DNA from: Mobula hypostoma
Lineage: Eukaryota
NCBI RefSeq assembly: GCF_963921235.1
Contig: NC_086108.1
Span: 53,136,001-53,200,000 of the forward strand
Reading direction: 5' to 3'
Length of the DNA stretch: 64,000 nucleotides
Shown here: in pieces, positions 13,296 through 25,800 of the stretch
How positions within the stretch are numbered: the stretch's first letter is position 1
Layout of the letters: every line of letters begins with the position of its first letter
The notes under the pieces: generated by a model
Seen by the model: only the letters and a program-made list of their open reading frames with translations
Told to the model about the DNA's origin: nothing
The model's database searches: none
Program-made: the position numbers and the translations under genes

Positions 13296-14224
13296 TTTTT
13301 CCACACATGGAGAGTCCAATGAATTATGTTTTGTCCTTAGGTCCATTCTGACGAGGCGAGAGTTGGCAAGTAGTCCTCAAGCAAACCATGACTGAGGACC
13401 AAGCTCCAGAACACTCTGGGAAGTTGCTGTTGTCAAAAACCATTGAACAGTTCTTCAAATATTTGTGATATTCATCATTATCTAAAGGTTATCCAGAACA
13501 ATTTAATTGTATTTTAAATAAAAAAGCATTTAAAAATGTATAAAAAACCCAAAAAGCGCAGTAAAGCATTAACATTTAAAACTTTCAATGAAGTAAAACA
13601 CATTTTCCACAGGATCAGTGGCGACATGGAAATGAACTGAGTTCCCATGCATATGCTTTCCAGTTTCACACAAAGTTTGTGGTGAAGTTGCAGCTGTTAA
13701 ATACAGTAAGTCTGCGTTTCCTCTCTTCAGCAAGTCAGAACTCCTGCTACTTGACTCAGTAGTGATTCCACTGGTGGAGCAGAGGTCAGATGCTCCTGCG
13801 TTTTGGCTTCAGGGCATTATGGATTTCTGAGCTTACCCTGTACAGTGAATAGCTGATAGCAGCACATTCCTTGTGCAATCACCACTGCAGGTACAATCCA
13901 TCACAATGATTTACATTCTTAATTCAAAATTATAAACTCTCAATTTGTGGGCACCAGCAAATTAGGATGAACAATCAACTCAAAGAAGACATAAACAAAT
14001 CTGAAGTTCAGGTAGATAATGAATTTCAACATATGAGGAAAATTACGATAAGGAAAATAAATGTTCTTTGTTAGAAAATCTGTGTCTTAATGGTGTAGGG
14101 GATACAAGAATCGAGTAGCTCACATACAAAAAAAATCAATGAAGTTCGCAAAGCAGTACTTAATGTAAAATTTAGCAATTTCAGATAACCTGCCTTTCCA
14201 GTCTATGTCATTCACTTTGTTTAG

Positions 14225-14540
14225 ACATAGAACGTAGAACAGTATAGCACAGGAACAAGGCTCTTCAGCTCATGATGCTGTGCTGAACTAATTAATCTAG
14301 TAATTCAAAGCCTACTAAACGAGTTCCCTCTGTATATGCAAGTCCATATCCCTCCATACTCCGCATATTCATGTTCCTATCTAAGAGCCTCTTAAATGTC
14401 TCTGGCGAATTTGCCTCCACCAGCACCCAAGACAGCACCTTCCTGGTACCCACCACTCTTCTTTGAACTCAGCCGCACTCATTTTAAATGCATGCCCTCT
14501 AGTATTAGATATTTCAACCCTGGGAAAAGGATACCTACTA
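14225..14540 (-). mobile_element. CR1 3' fragment
   Basis: Tail ACATAGAACGTAGAACAG; ORF 14381-14578(-) contains FPRVEISNTRGHAFK. Confidence 0.7.
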
Positions 14541-14544
14541 GAAG

Positions 14545-15011
14545 GCCAGGCAGTCTTCTGTTGGTTGGGGTCAAGCACAGATGTTACATACTAGCTGTCA
14601 AAGTCAATATGCAAGCCAGGGCAGTATGATTTGGTGAGCAAGCTGTTGCCCATACAGCAGGCTCCCCCTCTCCATGCAACTAAGGAACGGCAGAGACCAA
14701 TACAGTTTGGCACCAGTGGCATTGCAGGAATTGTCAGTTTTGAACTCAACATCGGACTGCCGTAGGAATTCCTGCTCTAGATTTTTCCTCAGGGTTTACT
14801 CCTGAAGCCAAAGTGGATATGGCCGCAAGGCAGTGAAGGTATGAGATCAGGGTTTCCCTTCTCCTAGATGAGCTGCCAACCACAGCTGACGAGGCTCATC
14901 TGCCTGAAGCAAATGGATTTAAGGCACCAGTAACCCACCTTTGCCTTCTCCTGTCAGTAGGAACAGTTCTGCCAGGCTTAGTAAATAAGCCACACATGAA
15001 GAGCAGGAGCC
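14545..15011. repeat. Interspersed repeat of uncertain class (resembles an RTE-type 5' UTR or SINE)
   Basis: Abrupt shift to GC-richer sequence next to a CR1 fragment; class assigned from recall only. Confidence 0.35.
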
Positions 15012-15994
15012 TTCTCTATCAGCAGCCTACTCTATCTTTGCCCCTCATTATCTGATAAACTATCAGTTTGTTCCCTGGCTACCACAGCTCCACAGAAAAC
15101 AGCCCAGCGTTTGTCCAACTTATCCTCATAATATTTAGTTCTGCATTGAAACTGCCTGAGTTCTAGAGTATTTCCAGCCATATCTAGTAGTATTTCAAAC
15201 TGACAACATCTTTCGAGCTTTTCTTCTCCACTTTGTATCCTACAGTTCCAGCAATGGTTCCTCCCCACCCCTTCACTATCCTCTCTTTCATTCATCTCAT
15301 TTTATTTCCACTTCCTGTAAACTGATCATCTGCAATTAATTAACAAGCCTTAAGACTGACACTACTCTCCTCATTCAGTCTCCCTTGGGCTCTACCCTAG
15401 GGTAAACCTTCCCTCTGTGAAACTTCAAACATTTGAAATTTCTAACTTTTCTCACTTCCAATATCAGGTCATTGACCCAAAATGTTACTTCAATATTTTC
15501 CCCCACAGCTACTGCCTCAATTGCTGAGTATTTTCAGCCTTCTCTGCTTTCATTTGTGATTTCTCTGTAATTTAGTGTTAGTAAAGGGCCATGCATAAAA
15601 AATTAGTGTTGACATAATCTTAATTCTTACATGAAACGTTGAGAGGTGGCACTTGGGTGAAACTTCTAAACTTGGGATTGGGTTACAGAGATCTCAGACC
15701 TTCAGCTTTTTCTCAGATATTACGATAACATGCTGAATGCCATCTGATTGTGTAGTTGAGGTCAGTAAACTCAAAAGAGAGCAAGGTTAAATCTGGTGGT
15801 CACAAGAACTCAGTAACATAACAGGCAATTTTCTGTTCATACTAAGGCATTAGGTAACCAGCATTCAGCAGTGTACTAATATTTCTTCCAGTGTAATCTA
15901 TACAATTGTGTAGTTTTCTCCGATGAATTTTTTGTAGAAAGCAAGGTTAAATATTTTTCTTTCATGCTAGCAGGTATATATAACCTTGTTCTCA

Positions 15995-16645
15995 AGCAGG
16001 GCCTTGAAAAGTGTTGTGGAACAAAGACGCTTTGGAGCACATGTACATAGTTCCCTGAAAGTGGTATCACATGTAGGCAGGGTAGTATACAGAAGGCACT
16101 TAGCATTCTTGCCTTCATCAGAGACGGCACTGAGTTTAAGAGATGAGAGATAACTTTACAGCTGTACATGTTGTTGATAAGACTGCACTTGGAATATTTT
16201 GTGCAGTTCTGGTTACCGAGCTACAGAAAGGACCTCATTGAGCTGGAAAGGGCACAGAAAAGTTACAAAACGATGTTAGTGGGGCTGAAAGACTTGAGTT
16301 ATAAGAAGAGACTGGGTAGAATATTTCTCCCCTGGAAGCTCAGGGATGACCTTAAAGAGCTATATAATATCATGAGGAGCATTGGTAGGTCACAACTTGC
16401 GGGAACTTGAGGGCAAGTATTCACAGAGAGGGTGGAGGGTATATGGAGCGAGCTACCAGAAGAAGTAGTAGAGGCAAGTACAATTACAACATTTAAACAC
16501 ATTTAGGTGCATGGATGGGAAAGGTTTATGGAGATTTGGGCTAGATGCAGCCAAATGTGTCTAGCTCAGATAGGCAAGATGGTCAATATGGATAAGTTGT
16601 GTTGAAGGGCTTATGTCCATTCTGTCCACCTTATAATTCTGTGAC
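15995..16645 (+). mobile_element. CR1 3' fragment
   Basis: ORF 16168-16410: LIRLHLEYFVQFWLPSYRKDLIELERAQK; tail ends TAATTCTGTGACTGTGAC. Confidence 0.8.
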
Positions 16646-16714
16646 TGTGACTTCAGCCAGTCAGATTCCCAGTAGTAAGCCACTTTCAGCAGTCTCAAAG
16701 TGGTCTTCCCAGTA

Positions 16715-17973
16715 TGTCATGGTCCGATCCGTGAAGTCCACATTCCGGTTCACAGTCCAGTCCATTGTTCCTTATTCCAGGTTTTCCGGTTTTCCCTTGT
16801 CCTGTTGTGTGTCTTAATTGAGGCACATAATTCTCATTTTGGGCTGGCTACATAAACAGCTCCTTGGTTCAGCTTCAGTTGCTGGACTGTTCCCTCTCCT
16901 TCCTCTTCCTTCTGAAGCCTCGCCTGCTACCTTCACCTGAAGCCTCGCCTGCTACCTTCATCTGTGTCCTCACCTGTAATGCTGTCAGATTCAACTGCCA
17001 GGGCAAGACCGGGGCTTTTCTGTGTCTAGATAAGGAACTGTCTTTTATTGCTTGGAACTGTCTCTTTGTGTGCTCGCCTTCACTGGGTAGGTCTGGCCAT
17101 TTGCCGCTACTTGATTTGGGAACTGTCTCTGTGGCCACACCTTCGCTAGGTAGGTCCAGCCACTTGCTACTACCTTGAGTTGAGAACTGTCTCTGTGTCC
17201 ACGCCTTCGCTAGGTAGGTCTGGCCGTTCGCCATTACCTTGTGTTAGGAACTGTCTCTTGGTGCCCTCGCCTCCACTGGGTAGGTTCGGCCGTTTGCCAC
17301 TGCCTTGAGTGGAGATCTGTCTCTCAGTGTTCTGAGTATGAGTCCTGGCCCCTACATCCTGTTTGCTAGGAGGGGTCCTGACTGTGTAGGGCCATGGCCC
17401 CAATCCTGTTCCCAAGGAGGGGTCCCGGCTCTGCATTCCATGTTCCTGTTCTCCCTCAACCAAGGCTCTGAGTTCCTGTTCTCCCTCAACCAAGGCTCTG
17501 CGTCCTGTTTTCCCTCGACCAAGTCAAGGCTTCGTGTTCTTGTCCTGTCCATGTGCCTCTCCCAGCTCAGGAGTACCTCGCCCAGCCCAGTGCTGGGGTT
17601 CCTCGTCCTGTGCTGGGGTTCCATCGTCCTGTCCAAGAGTCTCACGTCCAGTCCTTTTGCCACTCCTCGTCCTGTAGCCATGTCCTGTCCTCGCCTAGAT
17701 CCGGGGTCTGAGCCCCAGGTTCTGGGTCCTTGTCCAGTCTCTGGCTCAGAGTCCCTGTCCAGGTTTCAAGTTCCTAGTTCCTCGTCCAGGCCCCACTTTC
17801 TTAGTCTAGTCCGAGCCCAGGCCCTGTATCCTAGCCTCGTCCAGGGCCTGTGTCTTGTCCAGCGTCATTTCTTTCCCACTTCCCTTCCTTGCTTGACACA
17901 CTTAGTCCTGTTCCTAGTACTTCATTGTCTGTGTCTTGCATTTGGGTCCACTCCCAGCACCCCCGCTATGACA
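16715..17973 (+). mobile_element. Solo LTR (1259 bp) of an LTR retrotransposon, probably Gypsy-type
   Basis: Starts TGTCATGG and ends CTATGACA (TG...CA, 7/8 inverted termini); exact 5-bp TSD CAGTA at 16710-16714 and 17974-17978; no gag/pol. Strand is tentative. Confidence 0.85.
17054..17325 (+). repeat. About 65-bp tandem repeat, four units plus a partial, inside the solo LTR
   Basis: Units start at 17054, 17119, 17183, 17247 and 17313 with RGAACTGTCTCT...GGTAGGT..GCC. Confidence 0.9.
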
Positions 17974-18160
17974 CAGTAGTTCAATGGCTTCCCACTGTTC
18001 CAGTGTCTGATCAAAACAGGAAAGCTCCAGTCTCTGTCAACATAAGATGGTTAAGAACCAATTGTCCTTAATACCGTGGACATCAAGGAGTGCTGGGAAA
18101 AGAGTATTTATTATAGTTACTCTTTGTTGTCCAGTGAGTATTCCTGAAAATTATGCAAGT

Positions 18161-18294
18161 AGGATGAAGGTAGGATCCCGTTCATGAAATATATATTGGG
18201 TTAATATCTATAGAGCTGTTTCTCACCAGGATGAGGGTAGAATCCAGTTCATGAAATATACACTGGGATAATACCTATAGAGTTGTGTCTCACC
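18161..18294 (+). repeat. 67-bp tandem duplication (2 copies)
   Basis: AGGATGARGGTAGRATCCMGTTCATGAAATATA...TCTCACC at 18161-18227 and 18228-18294. Confidence 0.9.
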
Positions 18295-18937
18295 AGAGGT
18301 TGAAAGGAGAAATAATTAAAGATCATTTGCTTGACTTTCCTTCCAGGAGAGTGAATAAAGACAATGATTAATTTTGTCCTCTTACACAAGATTTAGCTCC
18401 CTTGGAATGAAAATCATCTATTGATCTTGCGCAGGACAGTGACCATGCTTCAGCAAGAGAAGTGGCTGTATAAATAGGTGAACCATTTAATGATGTCAGT
18501 TCACAACTTTAATAAAACTCCAGATAATAGTAGGTCAGGACATTGGAAAAGTAAGTAGCAACAAGGCATTACTACTTTAATATTTGCTCAAGGATTTTGG
18601 ATCACTGAAACAAAGCCAAGACAAAGCAGAATACTACAGGTCCAGAAATCTGCAGAAATGCTGGAAATACTCAGCAAGTCAGGCATCTTCTTTGGAGAGA
18701 GAAAGAGAATTAATATTTCAAACAAAAAGCCCTTTATCACATCAGCTTTCCAAGCTACTCTTGAGAGCAAATTGGAACATGATTTCTTTAATACTGTTGG
18801 GATTTGTGTGTACATCCCACAGTGTTTCCTAAAAATTATCCAAATCCAACTAAATTAAATCATTGAGGAGATCTTAACTACATCCACCCTACAAAATATA
18901 TGGTGGAATACCTTAAATTGGAGCATTCATCATTTTT

Positions 18938-19010
18938 TGGCCTGCTGCATTCCACCAGCATTTTGTGTGCGTTGCTTGAATTTCCAGCATCTGCAGATTT
19001 TCTCGTGCTT
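18938..19010 (+). mobile_element. 73-bp Penelope-tail insert with 15-bp TSD
   Basis: GCATTCATCATTTTT at 18923-18937 and 19011-19025 flanks the tail sequence. Confidence 0.85.
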
Positions 19011-20399
19011 GCATTCATCATTTTTGTCTTGTTTCTACCGGAATCTTGTGAGCTACCATTTGAAGTGCTCATTTACTTTCAGATGGAGGTAGGTAAGAAC
19101 ATTGTATGTACATGTATGTCAAAATCTGACAATGTCAAGAAGATTTAAGCAGGGCCTGAGCTTTCCTGTCGGGATGCTAAAGAATCCCAAGGTTAATCAA
19201 AATCTTTCCTGTGTGAGACCCAAGGGAACTTACTAAAGAAAGTAACTGGTTAAGGGAAAAATCTGGAATGTACAGTACAATTGTAGATTAGGTACATATT
19301 CTTGAAGTTTTATTTAGGAAGCAGGGTCAAATTCTCCTGAACTTTCCCCTAGGAGATTAAATGGGTTGAGTTGAAGACATGATGGCACAAATAGTGCATG
19401 GTGTGCAGAAGAAGTAATTGGCTAATTCCTTTTCTTGTCACACGTCATTAAATAAGTGCTGTTGTTATATGCAGTTAATTGACAGGAACGGTATACCACC
19501 ATGATACAGAAAAAGCAGCTGATTCTCTTGAAACATGCTTTGCGAAGAAAATGTTACTTATCACTGTGACCCAAAGATAAATGAGAGAAATGCCCTTTAT
19601 ATGGTAACAGAAAATGTGATAGAGCAAAGATTATCATGGCAAGGTATGACCTAATATTCCTAAAGGTCATGTGCTCAGCAAGTACTTAGGAGATGCCAAC
19701 ACGGAAAGACAAGTGGAAGCCAAATTCGAAATGGCAAGAGCATTCACATTAATCAGAGACAAAAGGCGAACAGCTTTGAGAGCTAAAAGAGAAGGATAGT
19801 AAAGTTATGAAAGCAAAATACTGCAGGTTCTAGAAATCTAAAATTTATAAAAAAGGAACTACTGGAAATACACAGATGGTCAGGCAGCATCTGTAGAAAG
19901 AGGACGAGTTTCAAATAAAAGCTCTTTTATCAGAAATTATTATTTTGTTTCATTATTCATGTGTGGTACACAGCCGTTACCTCCTGGATGTATTGTAGAA
20001 GTGGAAGGAAAGCGATAAGAGAAATTCCAAAATCACAACCCATTTGTTTATCTTCTGAAGACAAATCTAGCACATCGCTCCTCATGCTAATTTACCATCT
20101 CCCATGGTACGAATTTCAAAAATGAATCAGCAGTGTTTGTTGAAGGTGGCTATGAGGGAGTTATTACTCTCCAAAAAAAGGGCGAGTGATAGCTAAACAG
20201 ATGGTGATTAGTTGAAGAGGAGAGAGACAGGCAATGTTCATGAAAGAAAGATTTTAAATATCTCATCTATTACATGTGCCTTTGATGCAAATGTACCTGA
20301 CTCCATTCCATGGCACTTGATCTGGTCAAATCTCATCCTCAACCCAGATGGACAAGAGATCAAAAAATATATACCACATGAAAAAACAGCACGCCTTCA

Positions 20400-20947
20400 C
20401 AGAATGACCATCAGTTTCATTACTGACATATGCCGTGAATTTGCTTGTTTGTGGCAGCAGCGTTGCAATATAAGTTACAATAAGACATATATATTTAAAA
20501 TAAATATCAGTGCAAAAAGAGAGCAAACTAGTGAGGTAGAGTTCATGGGTTCATGGACTGGGCAGAATTCTGACAGTAGAGGGGAGGAAACTGTTCCTAA
20601 AAATATTGAGTGTGCTTCGTCATGCTCCTGTCCTTGATGGCGGTGATGAAAAGAGGGCATGACCTGGATGTCGAGGGTCCTTCAAGATGGATGCTACTTT
20701 ACTGAGGCACTACTCTCTGAAGATACCCTTGGTGGACTGGAGGCTAATTCCCATGATAGAGCTGGCCGAATCTACAACCTTCTGTATTTTACCTTAATCC
20801 TCTGCACATGTGCCTCCTTACAAGATAGTGATGCAACTAGTTAGAATGCTTGCCACCATAAATCCATAGAAATTTGCTGGAGTCTTTGATGAATAATTCT
20901 CTTCATATTCCAAATGAAGTATAACCGCTAGTGTGCCTTCCTCATGA
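20400..20947 (-). mobile_element. Rex1/Babar-like LINE 3' fragment
   Basis: Reverse-complement similarity to the 28500-29070 part of the Rex1 copy in this window. Confidence 0.6.
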
Positions 20948-20959
20948 TTACATCTTCAT

Positions 20960-22214
20960 ACTTCCTGATACCTATCTTGCAAGCGGAACAAGTCCCTGCC
21001 CTTACACCTCCTCCCTCACTACCATTCAGGGCCCTGAATAGCCCTTCCAGGTGAGGTACACTGCACCTATGAGTCTGCTGGGGTCACCTACTGCGCCCAT
21101 AGCACCGAGACCACTCCTGGTATGGTCTCCTGTATATCGGTGAGACCCGAAGGAGATTGGGAGACCACTTTGCCAAGCACTTACACTAAGTCCATCAGAA
21201 AAAGCAGGATTTCCCAGTGGCCACCCATATAACCATAGAACAATTACAGCACGGAAACAGGCCATGTCGGCCCTTCTAGTCTGTGCCAAACTCCTACTCT
21301 CACCTAGTCCCACCAACCTGCACTCAGCCCATAACCCTCCATTCCTTTCCTGTCCATATATCTATCCAATTTAACTTTAAACGACAACATCGAACCTGCC
21401 TCAACCACTTCTACTGGAAGCTCGTTCCACACAGCCACAACTCTCTGAGTAAAGAAGTTCCCCCTCATGTTACCCCTAAACTTTTGCCCTCTAACTCTCT
21501 ACTCATGTCCTCTTGTTTGAATCTCCCCCACTCTCAATGGAAAAAGCCTATCCACGTCAACACTATCAATCCCCTTCATAATTGTAAACACCTCTATCAA
21601 GTCCCCTCTCAACCTTCTACGCTCCAAAGAATAAAGACCTAACTTGTTCAACCTCTACACTCCAAAGAATAAAGACCTAACTTGTTCATTTTAATTCTAC
21701 TTCCCATTCCCATTCCAACATGTCAGTCCATGGCCTCCTCTACTGCCGCAATGAGAGCACACTTTGGTTGGAGGAGCAACACCTTATATTCCATCTGGTT
21801 AGCCTCCAACCTGATGGCGTGAACATCAATTCCTCAAACTTCTGGTAATGCTCCCCACCTTCACCATTCCCATTCTCGTTTCCCTCTCTCACCTTATCTC
21901 CGTATCTACCCATCACCTCCTTCCCTTTCTTCCATGGCCTTCTGTCCTCTCCTATCAGATTCCCCCTTCTCCAGTCCTTTCTCTCTTTCACCAATCAACT
22001 TCCTAGCTCTTTACTTTACCCCTTTCCCCTCACACGATTTCACCTATCACCTACCACCTTGTACTTCTTCCTCACCTCCCCCCATCTTCTTACTCCGACT
22101 TCTTTTTCTTTCCAGTCCTGATTAAGCGTCGCCACCCAAAATGTTGACTGTTTACTCTTTTCCACAGAAGCTGCTTGGCCTATTGATTTCTTCCAGTAAT
22201 TCGTGCGTGTTGCT
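20960..22214 (+). mobile_element. 5'-truncated Penelope-like element (GIY-YIG endonuclease region and tail) with 12-bp TSD, interrupted by a CR1 fragment
   Basis: From 21124 reads GLLYIGETRRRLGDHFAKHL (GIY-YIG second motif), then FPVATH|FNSTSHSH...LEEQHLIFHL..LQPDG across the insert; TTACATCTTCAT at 20948-20959 and 22215-22226. Confidence 0.88.
21228..21688 (-). mobile_element. CR1 3' fragment nested in the Penelope element
   Basis: Reverse complement of the same CR1 tail seen at 63520-63580; it splits the Penelope codons ATH|FNS. Confidence 0.88.
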
Positions 22215-22909
22215 TTACATCTTCATGATTACACTCTGGAGCAAAATGTGCTCCTGATGAATTTCTAAGTCCCAGAGAGCTACCAACACAGAAACCAGTC
22301 TCCAACCAATTTCATTTATTCCACATAATACCAAGAATTAGCTGGGAGCACTGTACGCAGCAAAGACTATGGAACCAGACAACACCCCAGCTATAATATT
22401 CTTCTAGTATATTTGTAATACTGGCATTTACTCAATAATGTGAAGAATTTCCCAAATACATCTCACCAGCATAAAGCAGGACAAATCCAATTGGGCTAAT
22501 TACAATCAGTCTACTCTGAAACGTAAACAAAGTTTTGAAAGCTGCTGTCAACACTGTAATCAAGCAGCAGTTGTTCACTGCCATCCTGCTCACAAATGCC
22601 CAATATGGGTTTTGTCAGGACCACATGGCTCCAAATTTCATTATGGCCTCGCTTGAACATAGGTTAAAAATCTGAATTCTGGAGGCGAGGAGAGAGTGAC
22701 TGTCCTTGAAGTCAAAAGAGTATTTGACCAAGAATGGAGTCAAAGAGCTCTGGTTAAATTGCAAGCAGTTGACTCCAAAAGGAAAATACTCCAATGGTTG
22801 GAGTGTTATCTTTCAAAAAGTTAATAGATGTGGTTACTGGATGTCAGTCACCCCAACTCCAAGATATTACTGCAGGAGTGCCTCAAGGCAGTGTTGTGGA
22901 CTCATAAAA

Positions 22910-23270
22910 CCAGAAGACATATGAGCAGAATTAGGCCATTCAGCCCAATGAGTTTTCATCATGGTTGATTTATTATCCCTGTCAACCCCATTCTCTGCCT
23001 TCTCCTTTTAACCTTTGATATCCTTACTAATCCAGAACCTATCTAACTCCTCTTTAAATATAAACAATAACTTTGCCTCCACAGCTATCTGTGGCAATGA
23101 AATCCACAGATTCACCATCCTCAGGTTAAAGAAATTCTTCCTCATCTCTGTCTAGAGGGACATTCTTGTATTCTGAGGCTGTGCCCTCTGGTCCTAGACT
23201 CCCTCACTACAGGAAATATTCTCTTTACATGCACTCTATAAGTTTCAATGAGATCGCCCCTCATTGTACT
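22910..23270 (-). mobile_element. CR1 3' fragment
   Basis: AGAATTAGGCCATTCAGCCC, CCACAGATTCACCATCCTC and GCTGTGCCCTCTGGTCCTAGAC (TRGHSL on the minus strand). Confidence 0.75.
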
Positions 23271-23299
23271 ATAAAAATAAATTCATAAATTGGTTTATT

Positions 23300-24680
23300 A
23301 TTTTTTAGAAGTTTGTAAAAATTCGGCAAGTCATCTAAAACTTTGTCAAACATCTACAGATATGTGCTGGAGAGGATATTGACTGGTTGCATCATGGCCT
23401 GGTATGGAAACACCAATGTCATTAAAAGAAAAAGGCTACAAAAACTAGTGGATACAGCCCAGCCCTTCGTGGGTAAAGCCCTTCCCACCATTGAACACAT
23501 CTACAAAGAGCACTGTCACAGGAAAACAGCAAGAAAGTGAATCTCAGGGCTGTATATGGTGACATATATAGTGTATATTTTGATAATAAATTTACTTTGA
23601 ACATGTACCAAGATACAATGAAAATCTTGTCTTGCATACCACTCACACAGATCAATTCATTACAACAGAATATTCAGGTAGGACAAGATAAAATATAGAA
23701 TAAAGTGTTACAGTTACAGAGAAAATGCAGTGTGTGTATACAGTAAGCTTGAAGGTCATAAGGAGATAGATTCTGAGGTTTGGAGTCCACCTTATCGTAT
23801 TAGGGAACCATTCAGTATTGCTATAATAGCGGGTTAGAAGCTGTCCTTGATCCTGATTCTACATGCCTTCAGGCTTTTGTTTCTGCTGACTGATGCGAGG
23901 GGGAAAAGACAAAATGTCCTGGCTTGGTTGGGTCTGTGATTACGCTGGCTGTTTTCCCAAGGTAGCAAGGTGCAGAAAAAGTCCATGGAGGGAAGGCTGG
24001 TTTCTGTGATGTGCTGAGCTAATGTCCACAATTCCCTGTAGTTTCGTGCAGACATAGGCAGAGTAGTTGTCATATGAAGCATCTGGATATCTATGGTGCA
24101 TCAATAAAAATTGGTAAGAGTCAAAGAGCACCTGCACTGATGAGTTTTCTTCGCCTTAGTCTCAACATGCTTGGACCAAAGCAGGCCATTGGTGATGTCC
24201 ACTCCAAGGAACTTGAAGCTTACAAACTCTCGACCTCAGTACTATTGATGTAAAAGGAGCATGTGAGCAAACACCATCCCCCCCCCACCCTTCCTGAAGC
24301 TGACGACAAGCTCTTTCATTTTGCTGTCATATAGAATAAGATTGTTGTCTTGATACCATGTCCTACCTGTACTCTGACTCATCGTTATTTGAGATACGGC
24401 CCACTACAGTGGTATTACTTGCAAACTTGTGGATGGAGTTAGAGCAGGCTATGCCTAGATAGTCACACATGAGTAGAGCAGGGGAATGAAGGCACAGTCT
24501 TCTGGGGTATCAGTGTTGAGGATAATTGTAGCAGAGGTGTTCCTGCCTATCCTTACTGATTGTTGTCTGTTGGTCTGAGAGCCAAGGATCCAGTTGCAAA
24601 GGGAGATGTTGAGTCTTCGTCTAGGAGTTTGGAGATAAATTTGCTTAGAATTATGGCATTATGGACTGAACAGTAGTCAA
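23300..24680. mobile_element. Rex1/Babar-like fragments (plus at about 23300-23600, minus at about 23600-24680)
   Basis: ORF 23343-23540: YRYVLERILTGCIMAWYGN...LQKLVDTAQ; minus ORF 23834-24082 ends ACRIRIKDSF. Confidence 0.7.
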
Positions 24681-24684
24681 TAAT

Positions 24685-25003
24685 AATGCCCTCACCCTTT
24701 CCTCCCTCCACCCCACCAGGGATGGGTTCCTCTTGTCCTCACCTACCAACCCGTCAGCCTCCGCATCCAGCACATAATTCTCCATAACTTCTGCCATCTC
24801 CAACGGGATCCCACCACCAAGCACATATTTCCCTTCCCCCCACTTTCTGCTTTCTGCAGGGATCGATCCCTATGTGACTCCCTTGTCCATTTGTCCTTCC
24901 TGGTACTTATCCTTGCAAGCAGACTACTTGCTACACCTACCCCTACACCTCCTCCCTCACTACCATTCAGGACCACAAACAGCCCTTTCAGGTGAGGCAA
25001 CTT
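24685..25003 (+). mobile_element. Penelope-like internal fragment (RT-endonuclease linker)
   Basis: Reads VPLVLTYQPVSLRIQHIILHNFCHLQRDPTTKHIFP; its end overlaps in sequence with the 20960-21060 Penelope piece. Confidence 0.75.
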
Positions 25004-25432
25004 GAACTTTAAGTGTGGCAATCATGCAAATGTATGTACCCTTATCATCCTGGAGACCAACATTGCTGTTCCAAGAGGGTACCTCCAAACCGGTGAAGAC
25101 ACCTGAGGCACGAATCAGCCAATCAATTTACAAACGTCTCAGCCCGAAACAGCGACTGTACTTTTTTCCATAGATGCTGCCTGGCCTTCTGAATTCCACC
25201 AGCACTTTGTGTGTGCATTGCTCAGCCAATAAATTGTTCAATTTCACGCTGTTGTCATTTTGAAGTCCTTGTTGGATTCTGTGGATGTCTTAAGAAGCAA
25301 GTTGTTGACTTAGGGCAGGCAGCTAGCGTATCTGCTTTGAGGTACAACTGGCTGGCAAGATACAGAGGAATGACAAAAAAATGGCAATAACAGTAGGAAA
25401 AGTAAATTGGAGTATAGATATAAAAATTTAAG
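25004..25432 (+). repeat. Copy 1 of a roughly 320-bp duplicated segment (copy 2 at 29973-30292), carrying a 98-bp insert
   Basis: Aligned by eye from GAACTTTAAGTGTGGCAATCATGCAA to GGAGTATA.ATATAAAAA; insert at 25124-25221. Confidence 0.9.
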
Positions 25433-25800
25433 GCGACACATCAGCTGTGAGTCTGTTAGTATCACCGTAAATCTGCTTCAACGTAAGTAGATTGAAGAGG
25501 GTCACGGTTGTCTGGGAGGCTGAATTTACAATTGTGCGTGCAATGGCCAACCTTGCAAAGCAATTACTGATGGTAGCTGTCAGAGCCACTGGCCAGTAGT
25601 CATTAAGGCACATCACCTTGTTTTTCTTAGGTACAGGGATGACAGAGGTCTCTTTAAAGCAGCTGGGAACTTCAGACTGGAGCAGGGAGACGTTTAAAAT
25701 GTCTTCAAGTAACCCTGCCAATTGATCTGCACAGGAGCTAAGGATGCAGCCAGGGACTCCATCCAGGTCAGATGCTTTCCACAGGTTCACTCTTTGAAAG
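25433..25800 (-). mobile_element. Rex1/Babar-like RT fragment
   Basis: ORF 25428-25790(-): KASDLDGVPG...CADQLAG...VPSCFKETSVIPVPKK...LNDYWPVALT. Confidence 0.85.

Noticed and set aside
14948..15011. HDV-like ribozyme on the minus strand (CUCCUG/CAGGAG bracket, UUCAUGU loop, CUGA junction)
   Set aside because: P3 has a mismatch, no GG follows the putative P1 3' strand, and no P1 5' strand is visible. Worth retesting only on a family consensus.
17054..17325. Regular 65-bp periodicity resembling a CRISPR array
   Set aside because: The whole unit is repeated with no unique spacers, it lies inside an LTR in a vertebrate locus, and there are no cas genes.
17305..17979. 224-aa ORF and overlapping antisense ORFs
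   Set aside because: Low-complexity translation of LTR tandem repeats, non-ATG start, no recognisable domain.
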